From Felis catus (lineage: Eukaryota), in the NCBI RefSeq assembly GCF_018350175.1, contig NC_058368.1:173230001-173294000 (forward strand): 64,000 nt of DNA, read 5' to 3'. A program made the position numbers and the translations under genes. The notes beneath the pieces are model-generated. The model saw only the letters and a list, made by a program, of their open reading frames with translations, did not search any database and was not told where the DNA came from. This document shows, in pieces, positions 11,236 through 24,560 of this stretch (the stretch's first letter is position 1; every line of letters begins with the position of its first letter).

Positions 11236-12141
11236 GTAAGACTTACCAGGATTTATCAAACTTTTCTTTGCATGATAGTTTTGTAATCCTCTATAATACA
11301 GTACAGGAAAAACAGACCACTCTTCCTCAAAGTTAAAGTTGTTGGGTTTGTCTTTTTCTCTTTCCCATATCTGTTCTTTATTTCTTTGGCAGGTATGCTC
11401 TTTTGTTGCACATACTTAGGAGAAAGGGAGGGAAAAAATCTTTCATCTTGGTATAGGTGGGCCAAAAATCAGTGTGATGCTGTGGACCTTCCATTTCATC
11501 TTTTATTTCAAATATTGAGATTCCATGGAGCTTGAGGAATTAAGTTCTAGGGTTGCCTGTTTTTTTTCCAAATTGAAGTGTAATTTACACAATGTTATAA
11601 GAGTTGCCTGTTTTTTTTTTTTTAATTCAAAATAAATCCCTTGTGGGGTTTATTTATGTGTGTAGAAATTCTAACTAAAAACAGAAGCCAAAAAGTATCC
11701 CCCATTTCTGTTCATGTGCTATATGTCTCTGCTGTATCACCCTGGAACCGTTGGTTACCTCTTGAAGACTACATCAAAAACCTTAGTTTTGGTGCAGTGT
11801 GAGATATTGACCAAGAGAATGTGCTTGTTGATCACAGTCCATTACCATCCCCAATCCTGCCTTTCCTTAAGCGTGTTGCACTTCTTAGTCCCACTTGATT
11901 CCCATAACTTGGAAGTATTTAGTCTGAAATTGTATAATTGTGAAGTATTTTATAAGGTAGGAATTCCAGGAAAGAAAGGCACATGTTATTTAATTTTTCC
12001 GATATAACACACTTTTTATTTATTATGTAAGGAAGTACCTAAACTTACAAACTTATAATTAAATAAATTTGTAGGTTTTTCTGATTATAAAGTCGTACAT
12101 GTTCATTGTAATAATAATTGTTTATATTTATTTGTTAAAAC

Positions 12142-12345
12142 TTTTTTTTTAATGTTTATTCATTTTTGAGAGACAGAGTGTGAACAGGGGAGGGGCAGAG
12201 AGAGAGGGAGATACGGAATCCAAAGCAGGCTCCAGGCCCTGAGCTGTCAGTACAGAGCATGAGGTGGGGCTCGAACTCATGAATCACAAGATCATGACTT
12301 GAGCTGAAGTTGGAAGCTTAACCGACTGAGCCACCCAGGTGCCCC
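12142..12345 (-). mobile_element. CAN-SINE
   Basis: Antisense SINE consensus. Confidence 0.93.
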
Positions 12346-12607
12346 ATATTTATTAAATACTTAAAATGAGTCACATACTACTTACATAAATGGGACCATG
12401 CTATAGTATATATATTATTCTATAACTTGTCTTTTTTTATTTAGCAGTAAATTTAGATCTTTCCATGTACAGATATGCTTTTTATATAGTGGACATCTCA
12501 CCATCTGTAAAATTTTCTGTTTTGCTTTTTCTACTTACTAGCATAAAATTTCCCCCATGTCACTAAAGTTACATGTGTGTATATATGTATATATGTATAT
12601 ATATATA

Positions 12608-13048
12608 TTTTTTAACTTAATTAATTTATTTGTTTACTTATTTACATCCAAGTTAGTTAGCATATAGTGCAATAATGATTTTAGGAGTAGATTCCAGTGA
12701 TTCATCCCCTATGTATAACACCCAGTGCTCATCCCAACAAGTGTAATCCTTAATGCCCCTTACCCATTTAGCCCATCCCCCCACCCACAACCACTTCAAC
12801 AACCCTCAGTTTGTTCTCTGTACTTAAGAGTCTCTTATGTTTTGTCCCCCTCCTTGTTTTTATATCATTTTTGCTTCCCTTCCCTTATGTTCATCCCTTT
12901 TGTGTCTTAAATTCCACATATGAGTGAAATCATATGCTATTTGTCTTCCTCTAATTTTGCTTAGCATAATATCCTCTAGTTCCATCCACGTAATTGCAAA
13001 TGGCAAGATTTCACTCTTTTTGATTGCCAAATAATACTCCATTGTATA

Positions 13049-13107
<59 letters not shown>

Positions 13108-16100
13108 CTCATCTTTATCCATTCATGTGTTGATGGACATTTGAACTCTTTCCACACTTTGGCTACTGTCGATAGTGCCGCTATAAACATCGAGGTGCAT
13201 GTGTCTCTTCAAAACAACACGCCTGTATCCCTTGGATAAATACCTAGTACAGTTGCTGGGTCGTAGAGTAGTTCTGTTTTTAACTTTTTGAGGAACCTCC
13301 ATACTGTTTTCCAGAGTGGCTGCACCAGTTTGCATTCCCACCAGCAGTGCAAAAGGGATCTCCTTTCTCCGCACCCTCACCAACATCTCTTGTTGCTTGA
13401 GTTGTTAATTTTAGCCATTCTGACTGGTGTGAAGTGGTATCTCATTGTGGTTTTGATTTGTATTTCCCTGATGATGAGTGATGTTAAGCATCATTTCATG
13501 TGTTGGTTGGCCATCTGGATGTCTTCTTTGGAAAAGTGTCTATTCATGTCTTTTGCCCATTTCTTCACTGGATTATTTGTTTTTTGGGTGTTGAGTATGC
13601 TAAATTCTTTATAGATTTTGGATACTAACCCTTTATCTGATATGTCATTTGCAAATATCTTCTCCCATTCTGTTGGTTGCCTTTTAGTTTTGCTGATTGT
13701 TTCCTTCGCTGTGCAGAAACTTTTTATTTTGACGAGGTCCCAATAGTTCATTTTTGTTTTGGTTTCCCTTGCCTCTGGAGACATGTTGAGTAAGAAGTTG
13801 CTGCAGCCAAGGTCAAAGAGGTTTTTGCCTGCTTTTTCCTCAAGGATTATGATGGCTTCCTGTCTTACATTTAGATCTTTCATCCATTTTGAGTTTATTT
13901 TTGTATATGGTATAAGACAGTGGTCCAGGTTCATTTATCTACATTTTGCTGTCCAGTTTTCCCAACACCCATTTGCTGAAGAGACTGTCTTTATTCCACT
14001 GGATATTCTTTCCTGCTTTGTCAAAGATTAGTTGGCCATACATTTGTGGGTCCATTTTTGGGTTCTGTCTTCTGTTCTATTGATCTATGTGTCTGTTTTT
14101 GTGCCAGTATCGTACTGTCTTGATGATTACAGCTTTGTTATACATCTTGAAGTCCAGGATGGTGATACCTCCAGCTCTGGTTTTCTTTTTCAACATTACT
14201 TTGGCTATCCAGGGTCTTTTCTGGTTCCATACACATTTTAGGATTTTTTGTTCTAGCTCTGTGAAGAATGCTGGTGCTATTTTGATAGAGATTACATTGA
14301 ATATGTAGATTGCTTTGGGCAGTATTGACCTTTTAACAGTATTTGTTCTTCCAATCCATGAGCATGGAATATTTTTCCATTTTTTTGTGTCTTCTTCAAT
14401 TTCTTTCATAACCTTTCTATAGTTTTCAGTGTATAGATTTTTCACCTCTTTGGTTAGGTTTATTCCTAGGTATTTTATGGTTTTGGTGCAATTGTAAATG
14501 GGATTGGTTCTTTGATTTCTCTTTCTGTTGCTTTATTAGTGGTGTATAGAAATGCAACCAATCTCTGTGCATTGATTTTATATCTTGTGACTTTGCTGAA
14601 TTCATGGATCAGTTCTAGCAGTTTTTTGGTAGAATCTTTTGGGTTTTCCATATAGAGTATCATGTCATCTGCAAAGAGTGAAAGTTTGGCTTCCTCCTTG
14701 CCAATTTGGATGCCTTTTACTCTTTTATGTTGTCTGATTACTGAGGCTAGGACTTCCAATGCTATGTTAAATAACAGTGGTGAGAGTGGACATCCCTGTT
14801 GTGTTCCCGACCTTAGGGAGAAAGCTCTCAGTTTTCCCCCATTGAGGATGATATTAGCGGTGGGTCTTTCATATATGGCTTTTATGATTGAGATATGATC
14901 TTTCTGTCCCTAGAAGGCTTTTATCAAGAAAGGATGCTGTGTTTTGTCAGATGCTTTCTCTGCATCTATTGATAGGATCATGTGGTTCTTGTCCTTTCTT
15001 TTATTGATGTGATGTATCCCATTGATTGTTTTGTGCATATTGAACCAGCCCTATATCCCAGGTATAAATCTCACTTGGTCATGGTGAATAATTCTTTTAG
15101 TGTATTGTTGGAACCCATTGGCTAGTGTATCTTGTTGAGGATTTTTGTATCCATGTTCGTCAGGGAAACTGGTCTGTAGTTCTCTTTTTTAGTGAGGTCT
15201 TTGTCTGGGTTTTGGAATCAAGGTAATGCTGGCCTTATAGAATGAGTTTGGAAGTTTTCCTTCCATTTCTATTTTTTGGAACAGCTTCAAAAGAATAGGT
15301 GTTAACTCTCTTTAAAAGTTTGGTAGAATATATCTGTTAAGTCCATCCAGTCCGGTGTATCCTGCAAAGCCTTTGTTTCCTTGTTGATTTTCTGTTTAGA
15401 TGATCTGTCCATTGTTGTAAGTGGGGTCTTGAAGTCCCATATTATTTATGGTATTATTATCAATGAGTTTTTCTGTATGTTTGTGATTAATTTATATATT
15501 TGGGTGCTCTCACATTTGGGGCATAAATGTTTAGAATTGTTAGATCTTGTTGGATAAACCCCTTAATTATGATATAATGCCCTTCTTCATCTCTTGTTAC
15601 TGTCTTTATTTTAAAATCTAGATTGTCTGATATAGGTATGGCTGCTCCAGCTTTCTTTTGCAACCATTAGCATGATAGATGGTTCTCCATCCCCTTACTT
15701 TCAATCTGAAGGTGTCTTTAGGTGTAAAATGGGTCTCTTGTAAATAGCATATAGATGGATCTTGTTTTCTTATCCATTCTGTTACCCTATGTCTTTTGAT
15801 TGGAACATTTAGTCAGTTGACATTTAGAGTGAGTACTTAAAGATACGAATTTATTACCATTGTGTTGCCTGTAGAGTTGGAGTTTCTGGTGGTGTTCTCT
15901 GGTCCTTTCTAGTCTTTGTTGCTTTTGTTATTTTTTGTTTTGTTTCATCTTTTCTCCCCTCAGAGAGTCCCCCTTAAAATTTCTGGCAGGGCTGGTTTAG
16001 TGGTCATGAACTTCTTAGTTTTTGTTTGTCTGGGAAACTTTTTATCTCTCCCTCTGTTTTGAATGACAGCCTTGCTGGATAAAGAATTCTTGGCTGCATA

Positions 16101-16953
16101 TTTTTCCGATTCAGCACATTGAATATATCCTGCCACTCCTTTCTGGGCTGCCAAGTTTCTGTGGATAGGTCTGCTGCAAACCTGATCTGTCTTCCTTTGT
16201 AGGTTAAGGACTTCTTTTCCCTTGCTACTCTTATGATTCTTTCCTTGCCTGAGTATTTTGTGAATTTGACTGTGATAGGCCTTGTTGATGGTCGTTTTTT
16301 GTTGAATCCAATGGGAGTTCTCTGTGCTTCCTGGATTTTGATGTCTGTGTCTTTCCCCAGGTTAGGAAAGTTTTCTGCTATGATTTGCTCACAAAAACCT
16401 TCTACCCCTTTGTCTCTCTCTTCATCTTCTGGGATCCCTATGATTCTGATGTTATTCTTTTTTAATGAGTCACTGAATTCTCTAATTCTTATATTGTACT
16501 CTTTTGCCTTACTCTCCCTCTTTTTTTCTGCTTCATTATTCTCCATAAGTTTGTCCTCTGCATTACTGATTCGCTGCTCTGCTTCATCCATCCTTTCCAC
16601 TGTGGCAGCCATTTGAGATTGCATCTCAGTTATAGCGTTTTTAATTTCATCCTAACTAGATTTTACTTCTTTTATCTCTGCAGAAAGGGATTCTGTGCTT
16701 TTTTCAACCCCAGCTAGTATTATTATCGTGATTCTAAATTCTGGTTCAGACATCTTGGTTGTATCTGTGTTGATTAAGTTCCTGACTGTCATTTCTTCCT
16801 GTTCTTTCTTTTGGGGTGAATTCCTTCGTTTCATCATTTTGGAGGAAGAAAATTAATAAAATAAAAAATAATAAAATAAAAATTAAAACAACACAAAAAA
16901 TATAATAAAAGGATGCCAGACTCTAGGTGTGTTTTGGTCTGGTTGTTGAAAGA
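12608..16953 (-). mobile_element. Carnivore L1, antisense to UIMC1: 3' UTR, disrupted ORF2 with internal deletion, disrupted ORF1 (about 15960-16837), most of the 5' UTR missing
   Basis: Track ORFs give the RT motif LFADDMILY (14475..14759), C-terminal ORF2 fragments (13123..14445) and ORF1 fragments (MMKRRNSPQKKEQE; NNIRIIGIPE; QPRILYPARLSF). Multiple frameshifts and stops. Confidence 0.97.
13045..13107. repeat. (TG)n(TA)n(CA)n microsatellite inside the L1
   Basis: Direct reading of the sequence. Confidence 0.9.
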
Positions 16954-16965
16954 AAAAATCTATAA

Positions 16966-17161
16966 ATTTTTAATGCTTATTTATCTTTGAGAGAGAGCGA
17001 GCACATGTGAGTGGGGGAGGGACAGAGAGAAGGGGACAGAGAATCTGAAGTAGGCTCTGTGCTGACAGCAGAGATCCCAAAGAGGGGCTCAAACTCACAG
17101 ACCATGAAATCATGACCTGAGCTGAAGTCAGATGCTTAACTGACTGAACCACCCAGGTGCC
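16966..17161 (-). mobile_element. CAN-SINE
   Basis: Antisense SINE consensus. Confidence 0.92.
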
Positions 17162-17559
17162 TGTAAAAATATTTTTAATGCTAAATATTCCGTGATCTGA
17201 ATTGCCTCCATTTACTTAACTGTTATGCATTTAGCATGATTCAGGTCACCATGTTGTTGAGCCTATTATGCATGAAGTTGTTGCTGTATTTTGGGGTTAT
17301 TGCCCAAGGATGTATATCACTAGCTCAGGTGATAGTAAAAAAAGATGGGCTCTAGAGTCTAGTTATTTTGAGATTGAATCCCATCTTTGTCACTTAGCAG
17401 TGTGTGATTCTGTGCTGATTTCCTATCTTCCTTTTATGCAGCTTTCAAATTAACAGTAATGACCTTGTTTATTTTTTTAAAGGTTAAATGAGATATCTTA
17501 GGGAAAGTGCATAGTACAATTCCTAGCACATTGAGTAAGAACTTAAGAACTTAAAAACA

Positions 17560-17765
17560 ATTTTTTTTTTAATGTTTGTTTATTTTTGAGAGAGAGCACA
17601 AGTAGAGGAATGGCAGAGAGAGAGAGGGAGACACAGAATCTGAAGCAGGCTCCAGGCTCCAAGGTGCCAGCACAGAGCCCGACACAGGGTCTGAACCCAA
17701 AAACTGCGAGATTGTGACCTGAGCCAAAGTCAGAGGCTTAACCAATTGAGCCACCCAGGCACCCC
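17560..17765 (-). mobile_element. CAN-SINE
   Basis: Antisense SINE; TSD acttaagaactt. Confidence 0.93.
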
Positions 17766-18949
17766 AGTACTTAAGAACTTTTAGTTGGCTGTTACTATTC
17801 TTGGTAGAATTACTGGGTTTGAGATTTTGTCATCATTTTTAAGCATCATTATAATAGCATGGTCATCTTTTAAATGTAGTGAAAGTTGAAGACCTACATT
17901 TGATCATCATCACCTTCTAGTAGAACACTGAAGGACTAGGGCTTTAGATGCAATTTTAATTTGACAGAGCTCTTCAGTCTGATGTTTTTAGCAGAGAGTT
18001 CCAGTGACCGAAAGAACTCTGGGGTTGGACATCTGGTGACCGGAGAAGGAAGAAACTATCTTGCACATCTCACCAAACATGCTTATCCAGCTGGTATTAA
18101 TTATCTGAGTCAACAACCTACACAGCATTGAGGTCCAGAGATAAATGAGTTTGAGAAGCTGATTGATTGTACCTTGAGCTGTAGAAAAAATAACTTTATG
18201 GTCAGAGCTGTTAGGTAAAGGGTAGTATAAAGTAGCTCTTGCTGACACCTCCCAGACTGAACTCTGATAGTCTGTGCTTAAACAGCAGGCTTTGGTATTC
18301 ATTACTGTCCAAAGACATCTTTCAGCTATATGATACTTGCTTTTTAGCTTGTTCTTCCTTACTAGAGTTTAGTGGGGCAATTCACAATTCATCTTACTGT
18401 TGAAATGAGTTCAGCATTGTTTTTAAGTTTTCTGAACCACAACTTATATCACCAGAACCAGGTTGTTGTCATTGAACTTGTTGAGAAGCTGACACCATCA
18501 GGTGGGCAAAGGAGACTGAGACTTGCATTGTCGTTCATTCAGGGGAATCCTTTCAGGTTCTCTTTATTCCCCTGGGACAAGTGTCAGTGACCCTGTCGAA
18601 TGCTGCTCAGTGGGATTTACTCTCTGGTTTTGAGCACTGTTTCAGATGTAGATATATGTGTGTTTTCTGATAAATTGGAAGTATGTATGTTATTGGCACT
18701 GTATGTCTTTTAGCCCTGATCCAACTGTCTCAGATATCCATTTAAAGATGTCTGCTATATCCTGAATAACAGTAACACTTTCTTTTTCAAGGGAAATTTG
18801 TTTTAAAAATTAGCTGAGGAGTATAATAAAGAGAAATGTAGAATACTGTAAATATCAACACCAGCTTGTGTGCCTACAGTGAGAAATTTGATTACTTTCT
18901 ATCCCCTATTTCCTTAACTTCATTTCATTGAAATATTTATGCTTGGTTG

Positions 18950-19181
18950 TTTTTTTTATTTAAAAAAATTTTTTTTAATGTTTATTTTTGACAGGGAGAG
19001 AGAGAGAGACAGAGCATGAACGGGGGAGGGGCAGAAAGAGGGGGAGACACAGAATCTGAAACAGGCTCCAGGCTCTGAGCTGTCAGCACAGAGCCTGACC
19101 CGGGGCTTGAACTCACAGACTGAGAGATCATGACCTGAGCTGAAGTCGGACGCTCAACTGACTGAGCCATCCTGGCGCCCC
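18950..19181 (-). mobile_element. CAN-SINE (SINEC_Fc-type)
   Basis: Antisense SINE consensus. Confidence 0.93.
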
Positions 19182-19351
19182 AGAACTTTTTTTTTTTTTA
19201 AATGGTGCTAGAACTTAACATGGGTTACTAAAGACATTTGAGACATTTCTGCCATTAAGGAGCTTGCAGTGTCATTGGGGAGATAAAGATTAACCTAAGA
19301 AATTAATTACAAGATGACATAAAGTGAATGATGATGTACCTGTATGAGTGA

Positions 19352-19556
19352 TTTTTTTTTAAAGTGTGTTTATTTTTGAGAGAAAGAGAGAGAGAGATCA
19401 AGTAGGAGAGGGGCAGAGAGAGAGGTGGACAGAGGATATGAAGCAGGCTCTGAGCTAACAGCAGTGAGCCCGTTGCAGGGCTTGAACTCATGAACTGTGA
19501 GATCATGACTTGAGCTGAAGTCGGACACTTAATTGAATGAGCCACCCAGGCACCCC
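19352..19556 (-). mobile_element. CAN-SINE
   Basis: Antisense SINE consensus. Confidence 0.92.
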
Positions 19557-19744
19557 TACATGAATGATTCTGACTGTAAGTGCAATAGGAATATGGAGAG
19601 CTGCAGTGAATAGGGATGAAATCTCAGAAAGAGGGTTGGTTTAACCTGGGCTAGGAAGGCTAATAGGTTTGGATAAACCCATGGGAAAGTAGGGGACCCT
19701 TTATCTTCCTATAGGTTAGATAAGAGAAGGAAGCAGGCGAAAGA

Positions 19745-19938
19745 GGGGTGCCTGGGTGGCTCAGTCAGTTAAGCGTCCAACTTCTGCTCAGGTCATGATC
19801 TTGTAGTGCATGAGTTTGAGCCCCATATCAGGCTCTGCACTGACAGTGCAGAGCCTGCTTCTGAGCCTGCTTCAGATCCTCTGTCTCCCTCTGTCTCTTT
19901 CTTAAAAATAAACAAACATTAAAAAAAAAAAAAAAAAA
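19745..19938 (+). mobile_element. CAN-SINE
   Basis: Sense SINE with poly-A; TSD ggaagcaRg. Confidence 0.92.
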
Positions 19939-20919
19939 GGAAGCAAGGGAAACAGCCACTAGACAACAGCTTCCACTTAGTCTTCCTAGTAGTGTTAACT
20001 TGCTAACCTAAATTACTCTCTCTGACCCTATAAGAGAATTTGCAGCAGGGAGTCCCCACTGGAACTATTCCACTCTTGATTTATTCCTGTGTCTTAAGAA
20101 CAGAGTTTGGGGATATAGGTGGGATGGAAAAGTAATTAGGGGAATTATGCAAAGCACCTGCTACTGTGCCATGTGCCTGGCATATTATACGTCCTCAATA
20201 ACTTTGCTGTCTGTTTGCTTTTTTTTTTCTTTTTTTTTTTTTTTCACCATCTTGCCTGCCCCTGTTTTCCTTGCCAGAGATAGTAGTGATTGTTTTGGTT
20301 CCTCTCAACATTTTATGACTGGAGACAGAGGCCAGGCCCTCAGCCCAGTTTTTGGTAAAAGGGAGCCCCTCTCCTGCCATGGAAGGGAAAGAGTTACTCT
20401 TGAAAACACATAACCCAGGCTGGGAGACCATTCGCCCAATGCCTAAGGGGATGGAATAATAGAGAGGACTTATCTCCCAGAATTAAGTATTCAGCTCTCC
20501 CCTCCTTTCTGTTTTCCCCTAAATCTGATCCCAGACATGCTTGGTTTGGCTCTGTAAAAAAAATAGTAATTAGAGTCATTTACATGAAGTGTCTACCATT
20601 TATGCCTAGTTACCGTGCAGCACAATAACAATTATGCATATCATTAAATATGTGTCTGATTAACTTTGCTGTAAGTTTTATTTGATTATAATACTACACT
20701 CTGAGTAAGTTGGCTCAGTCTGCTCAGTTTGTTGCTCAATGACATGGCTACTACAAGTTTGGAAAAACTAGAAGGAGTGTTCTTTAAAGGCATTGTTTGA
20801 GGGGAGAAGATTTGTTAAATTAATCTAGACTAACAAAGATAGGTTGCTTTTGTATTTGCTTTCTGGAAAATGTGTTTGAGACCATTTTTATTAAAACATT
20901 TAGGAAGAATAAAGCTCTC

Positions 20920-21565
20920 CATTTACTTAGTAAATATTTACTAAGCAACTGCTATGTACCAGATACAGTGAACAGAATATACAAAGTCCCTGTTCTCATG
21001 GAGCTTATATTTTAGCAGTGGGATACTGACAGTAAATAAGTAAACATCCAGTATGTTAAGTGGTGATAAGTATTTTGGAGAAAAAGAGGAAGCAGAGGAA
21101 GAGAATGGAGAATACTGAGGTCAAGGGGTAGCAATTTAGAATAGGTGGTAGGGAAGGTCCCATCAAGGAGGTGACATCTGAACAGAGACCTAAAGGAAAT
21201 GAGGGATTTCGAGGTGGAGAGGAGAGTGTGTTATAGGCAGAAGGAACAGTAAGTACGAAGACTTTTGGTTGTGAACAGGCTTGGTGTGTATGAGAGAATG
21301 ACAAGCCAGTGTGGCTGGAGTGGAGTTAGTGAGGGAAAGATAAACAGTGAAATTAGAGAGGTAATTGGGGAGGGGACAAGTGGACAGATCACATAGGGTT
21401 CTTAGGCCATAGTAAGGACTTTGGCTTTTAATTGGAGCAAAGGAGGAGCCTTTGGAGGGATTTGAGCAAAAAAAATGAATTAATATTTGAGTAAAGGATC
21501 ACCTGGTTGCTGTATGTATGGATTGTTGAGGTGGGGGACAAGAGTGGAAGCTGGGAGGATAGCCA
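20920..21565 (-). mobile_element. L2 LINE 3' fragment
   Basis: aaatatttactaagcaactgctatgtaccag...gtccctgttctcatggagctta...gtggctggagtggag...gtaaggactttggctttta. Confidence 0.8.
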
Positions 21566-22269
21566 AAATTTTATTTTTGGCAATATGATAGAGTGGGAGA
21601 AACATGGGCTTTGGAACTAGGCAGATCTGAATTTAAATGTCCACTGTTAATACTTGTCAGCTGGATAATATTTGACAAATGACCTTACCCTTTTGAGGAT
21701 CAGATGTCTTGTTTATAAAATTAGTCTGACATCATTAGGATTGTCATGAGAATCAGAGACACTTTACAAAGTACCTAGCACTGTGTTTAGCATGTAATAA
21801 GTGTTCAGTAAATAGTAGCTGCTGTTATTGAATATTAGTCTTGTCTGTGTAGTCTCTCTGAAGTCTGTTTCTGTGTGCCAATACCTAAAGAATAGTCCAT
21901 AAGCCAGGTAGAGGGGAAGATGAAAGGCAGGGAAAATTGTAAGGTGTTAAGAATAAGCTAGTAAGAAATAGATGGTGGGAGAGTTAGGGAAGCTGAAGTT
22001 AGGGAAGCTGTACTCTTTGGGCCTGGAGACAGAGGTGTGGCTTAGAGTCAGGATACTGTCAGGAGTGGATTTTCTTTTCATGGATGTCTCCTCGAAAAAT
22101 AATAGTGAGTAAGTGGGTGAGTGTAGGTGAGATTCCTTGCTATAAACTTGCCTCAGAGCTAACAGAGAAGGACTGAGGCCTAAAATTAGGCTTAACTTGG
22201 GTGGCTTAGCAAAAATCATAAGACCTGAACATCTCTAATGAAGAACTTTTTTTATTTTCTATTAAAAAA

Positions 22270-22476
22270 TTTAAAAATGTTTATTTATTTTGAGAGAGAA
22301 AGAGCGGGCATGAGTAGGGGAGGGTTACAGAGAGAGGGAGAGAGAGAATATCCCAAGCAGGCTCTGTGCTGTCAGTACAGAGCCCGATGTGGGGCTCAAA
22401 CTCAGGAACTGTGAGATCATGACCTGAGCTGAACTCAAGAGTCAGATGCTCAACTGAGTGAGCCACCCATGTGCCC
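22270..22476 (-). mobile_element. CAN-SINE
   Basis: Antisense SINE consensus. Confidence 0.92.
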
Positions 22477-23097
22477 CGAAAAGCTTTTTTTAATTAGATA
22501 AAGTTTGACTTTTTCTTTTTTATATACCTGAATTTGCCTACCTGAATGTAATTTGTACCCCATTTACTCTTCACTCTTGTATCAATATGGTTTTTGTGGT
22601 ACCTAGGAAAAGTAGATTAACTATATTACTATTGACACCTAACTACTGAGGTGTTAACAATTGGGAAATAGCACAGTTTTAGTAGAAATAACATGGATTT
22701 TGGAGACAGACTGGCTTGTGGGGAGATCTACAAATCCAAACATACTGAGATATTATAGTACAGTTGGGCAGATAAAGCATGAACATGAATAACTGTAACA
22801 CAAGGTCAGAATTACTAATGGACTTAAAGTCTGTGGTGTTTCAGAGGAAATGTGATTAGAGATTGAGATGGAAGGGCATTAATGTAAAAGAACAGTAGGC
22901 AAGATCACATAAATAGAAAAGTATGAACAGTATACAGGAAAGAGCAAGTGATTCAATGTGGTTGTAGTATGGGCAATATGAAAGGAAATAGTAGGCAATT
23001 GTAGAATGACAAATGTAACTTGAATTATGTGGGTTAAAATGGGGTAGAGTTTTTTCTACTTGTAAAAGAATTTTTTTGTGTGTTTACTTCACACTAT

Positions 23098-23990
23098 AGT
23101 ATATAGGACTCTTTGGGATGCAAGTGTTGAAAATACAATTCAAGTAACTTAAGCAAAAAACAAGTTAGTTTGCATGGTAATTGGGAAGTCTGGTGTAGGT
23201 TTCAGACAGACCTCGATCTAAGAGCTCAGATGAGATCTCCATCTTTTGACTCTACTTGTCTGTTTTCAATAGGCTTTTCAAGGGCAAACAGAATGTCTGC
23301 CAGCAGCTGTAGACTTTTCACCTTTATTGGAAAGGAGTTCTTTCTCCTGAAACCATAGATCAGTCTAGAGAAAGACTTTTGATTAGTCTTTATTTGATTT
23401 AAGTGACCGTTCCTGGACTAGTCACTGTAACCAAGTAAGAGGGTATGCATCGTTCTTAAGTCAGAACAAGTAACAAAACCCTGTTAGTAACTGTCAGAAA
23501 AATCTATAAGTCACAGTAACAGAAAACACCATTAACAATAGGCTTAATATGTAGGGTTTCTTTTTCTCATATAACAAGGATCTAGAGTGAGGCAATGGCT
23601 CAGTGATGTAATGAAAATTTAGACTTTTCTCTTTTGCTTCTACAGTCCTTGACTTGTGGCTTCCTTTTTTTTTTTTTTTTTAATAATTTTTTTAATGTTT
23701 ATTTATTTTTGAGAGAGAGAGAAAGACAGAGTGCAAGCAGGGGAGGGGCAGAGAGACAGGGAGACACAGAATCCAAAGCAGGCTCCAGGCTCTGAGCTTC
23801 AGCACAGAGCCCGATGCGGGGCTTGAACCCACAAACCACAAGATCCTGACCTGAGCTGAAGTCAGACGCTTAACTGACTGAGCCACCAGGCACACTAATT
23901 TGTGACTTCTTGATTCATGGTCTCAAGGTGACTTTTTTATCTTTAGACCTCACATCTGTGTTCCAGGAAGGAGGGGATAAAGGGGCATGG
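23098..23990. mobile_element. Degenerate MLT1-like (ERVL-MaLR) LTR fragments, interrupted by a SINE
   Basis: ggactctttgggatgcaagtg...aacttaagcaaaaaa; agtaacagaaaacacc...ggcttaa...ttctcatataacaag. Confidence 0.55.
23665..23893 (-). mobile_element. CAN-SINE
   Basis: Antisense SINE; TSD ttgtgRcttc. Confidence 0.93.
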
Positions 23991-24560
23991 CTATAGATTT
24001 TTACTGTTGCAGTCTAACATTCCTATATTATTCTTTATAGTCTAATATTCCTATAATCTTGTGGAATTGAGCTTATTCCAAATTGTGGTAGAATTAGGCC
24101 AGGTATATATCTGGTGTTCATGTCTTTTATGTATGTGTGTTTGCCTTTATGTATGAAATTATACTGTCTTTGAAGTCGTTGATTAATTTGCTTTGTACAG
24201 TGATTCACCTTAACAAAAAATTTTGTTTTCTACTGTTTAACGAAGTGTTGCACTAGGTGCTGGGGGTCCTCAAGAGGTAGTAAAGGGATATGATACAGAG
24301 CTGACCGGGACCTCAAATTTATATTCAGGGAATTCACACAGTCTAGTGGGGCAAATAGACTTGGGCATAACTATGACACAAATCATTTGAAGAACTAAAA
24401 TAAAGGCACTAGCCACTCATACAATAGAAGGGGGTTAATTTCTGATTGGTGAGAAAAAGAGCAGATTCTTGTTTAAGGGTTCCCTTAATATTAGGCTTAG
24501 GTTTTTTACCATTTTTTTTTCCTTCTATTAAAGATACACATCCAAAATAGCACAAGCCTT

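Noticed and set aside
13024..16616. Plus-strand ORFs of 60-127 aa over the L1
   Set aside because: Antisense shadows of L1 ORF1/ORF2. The element itself is frameshifted, deleted and lacks its promoter, so it is not active.
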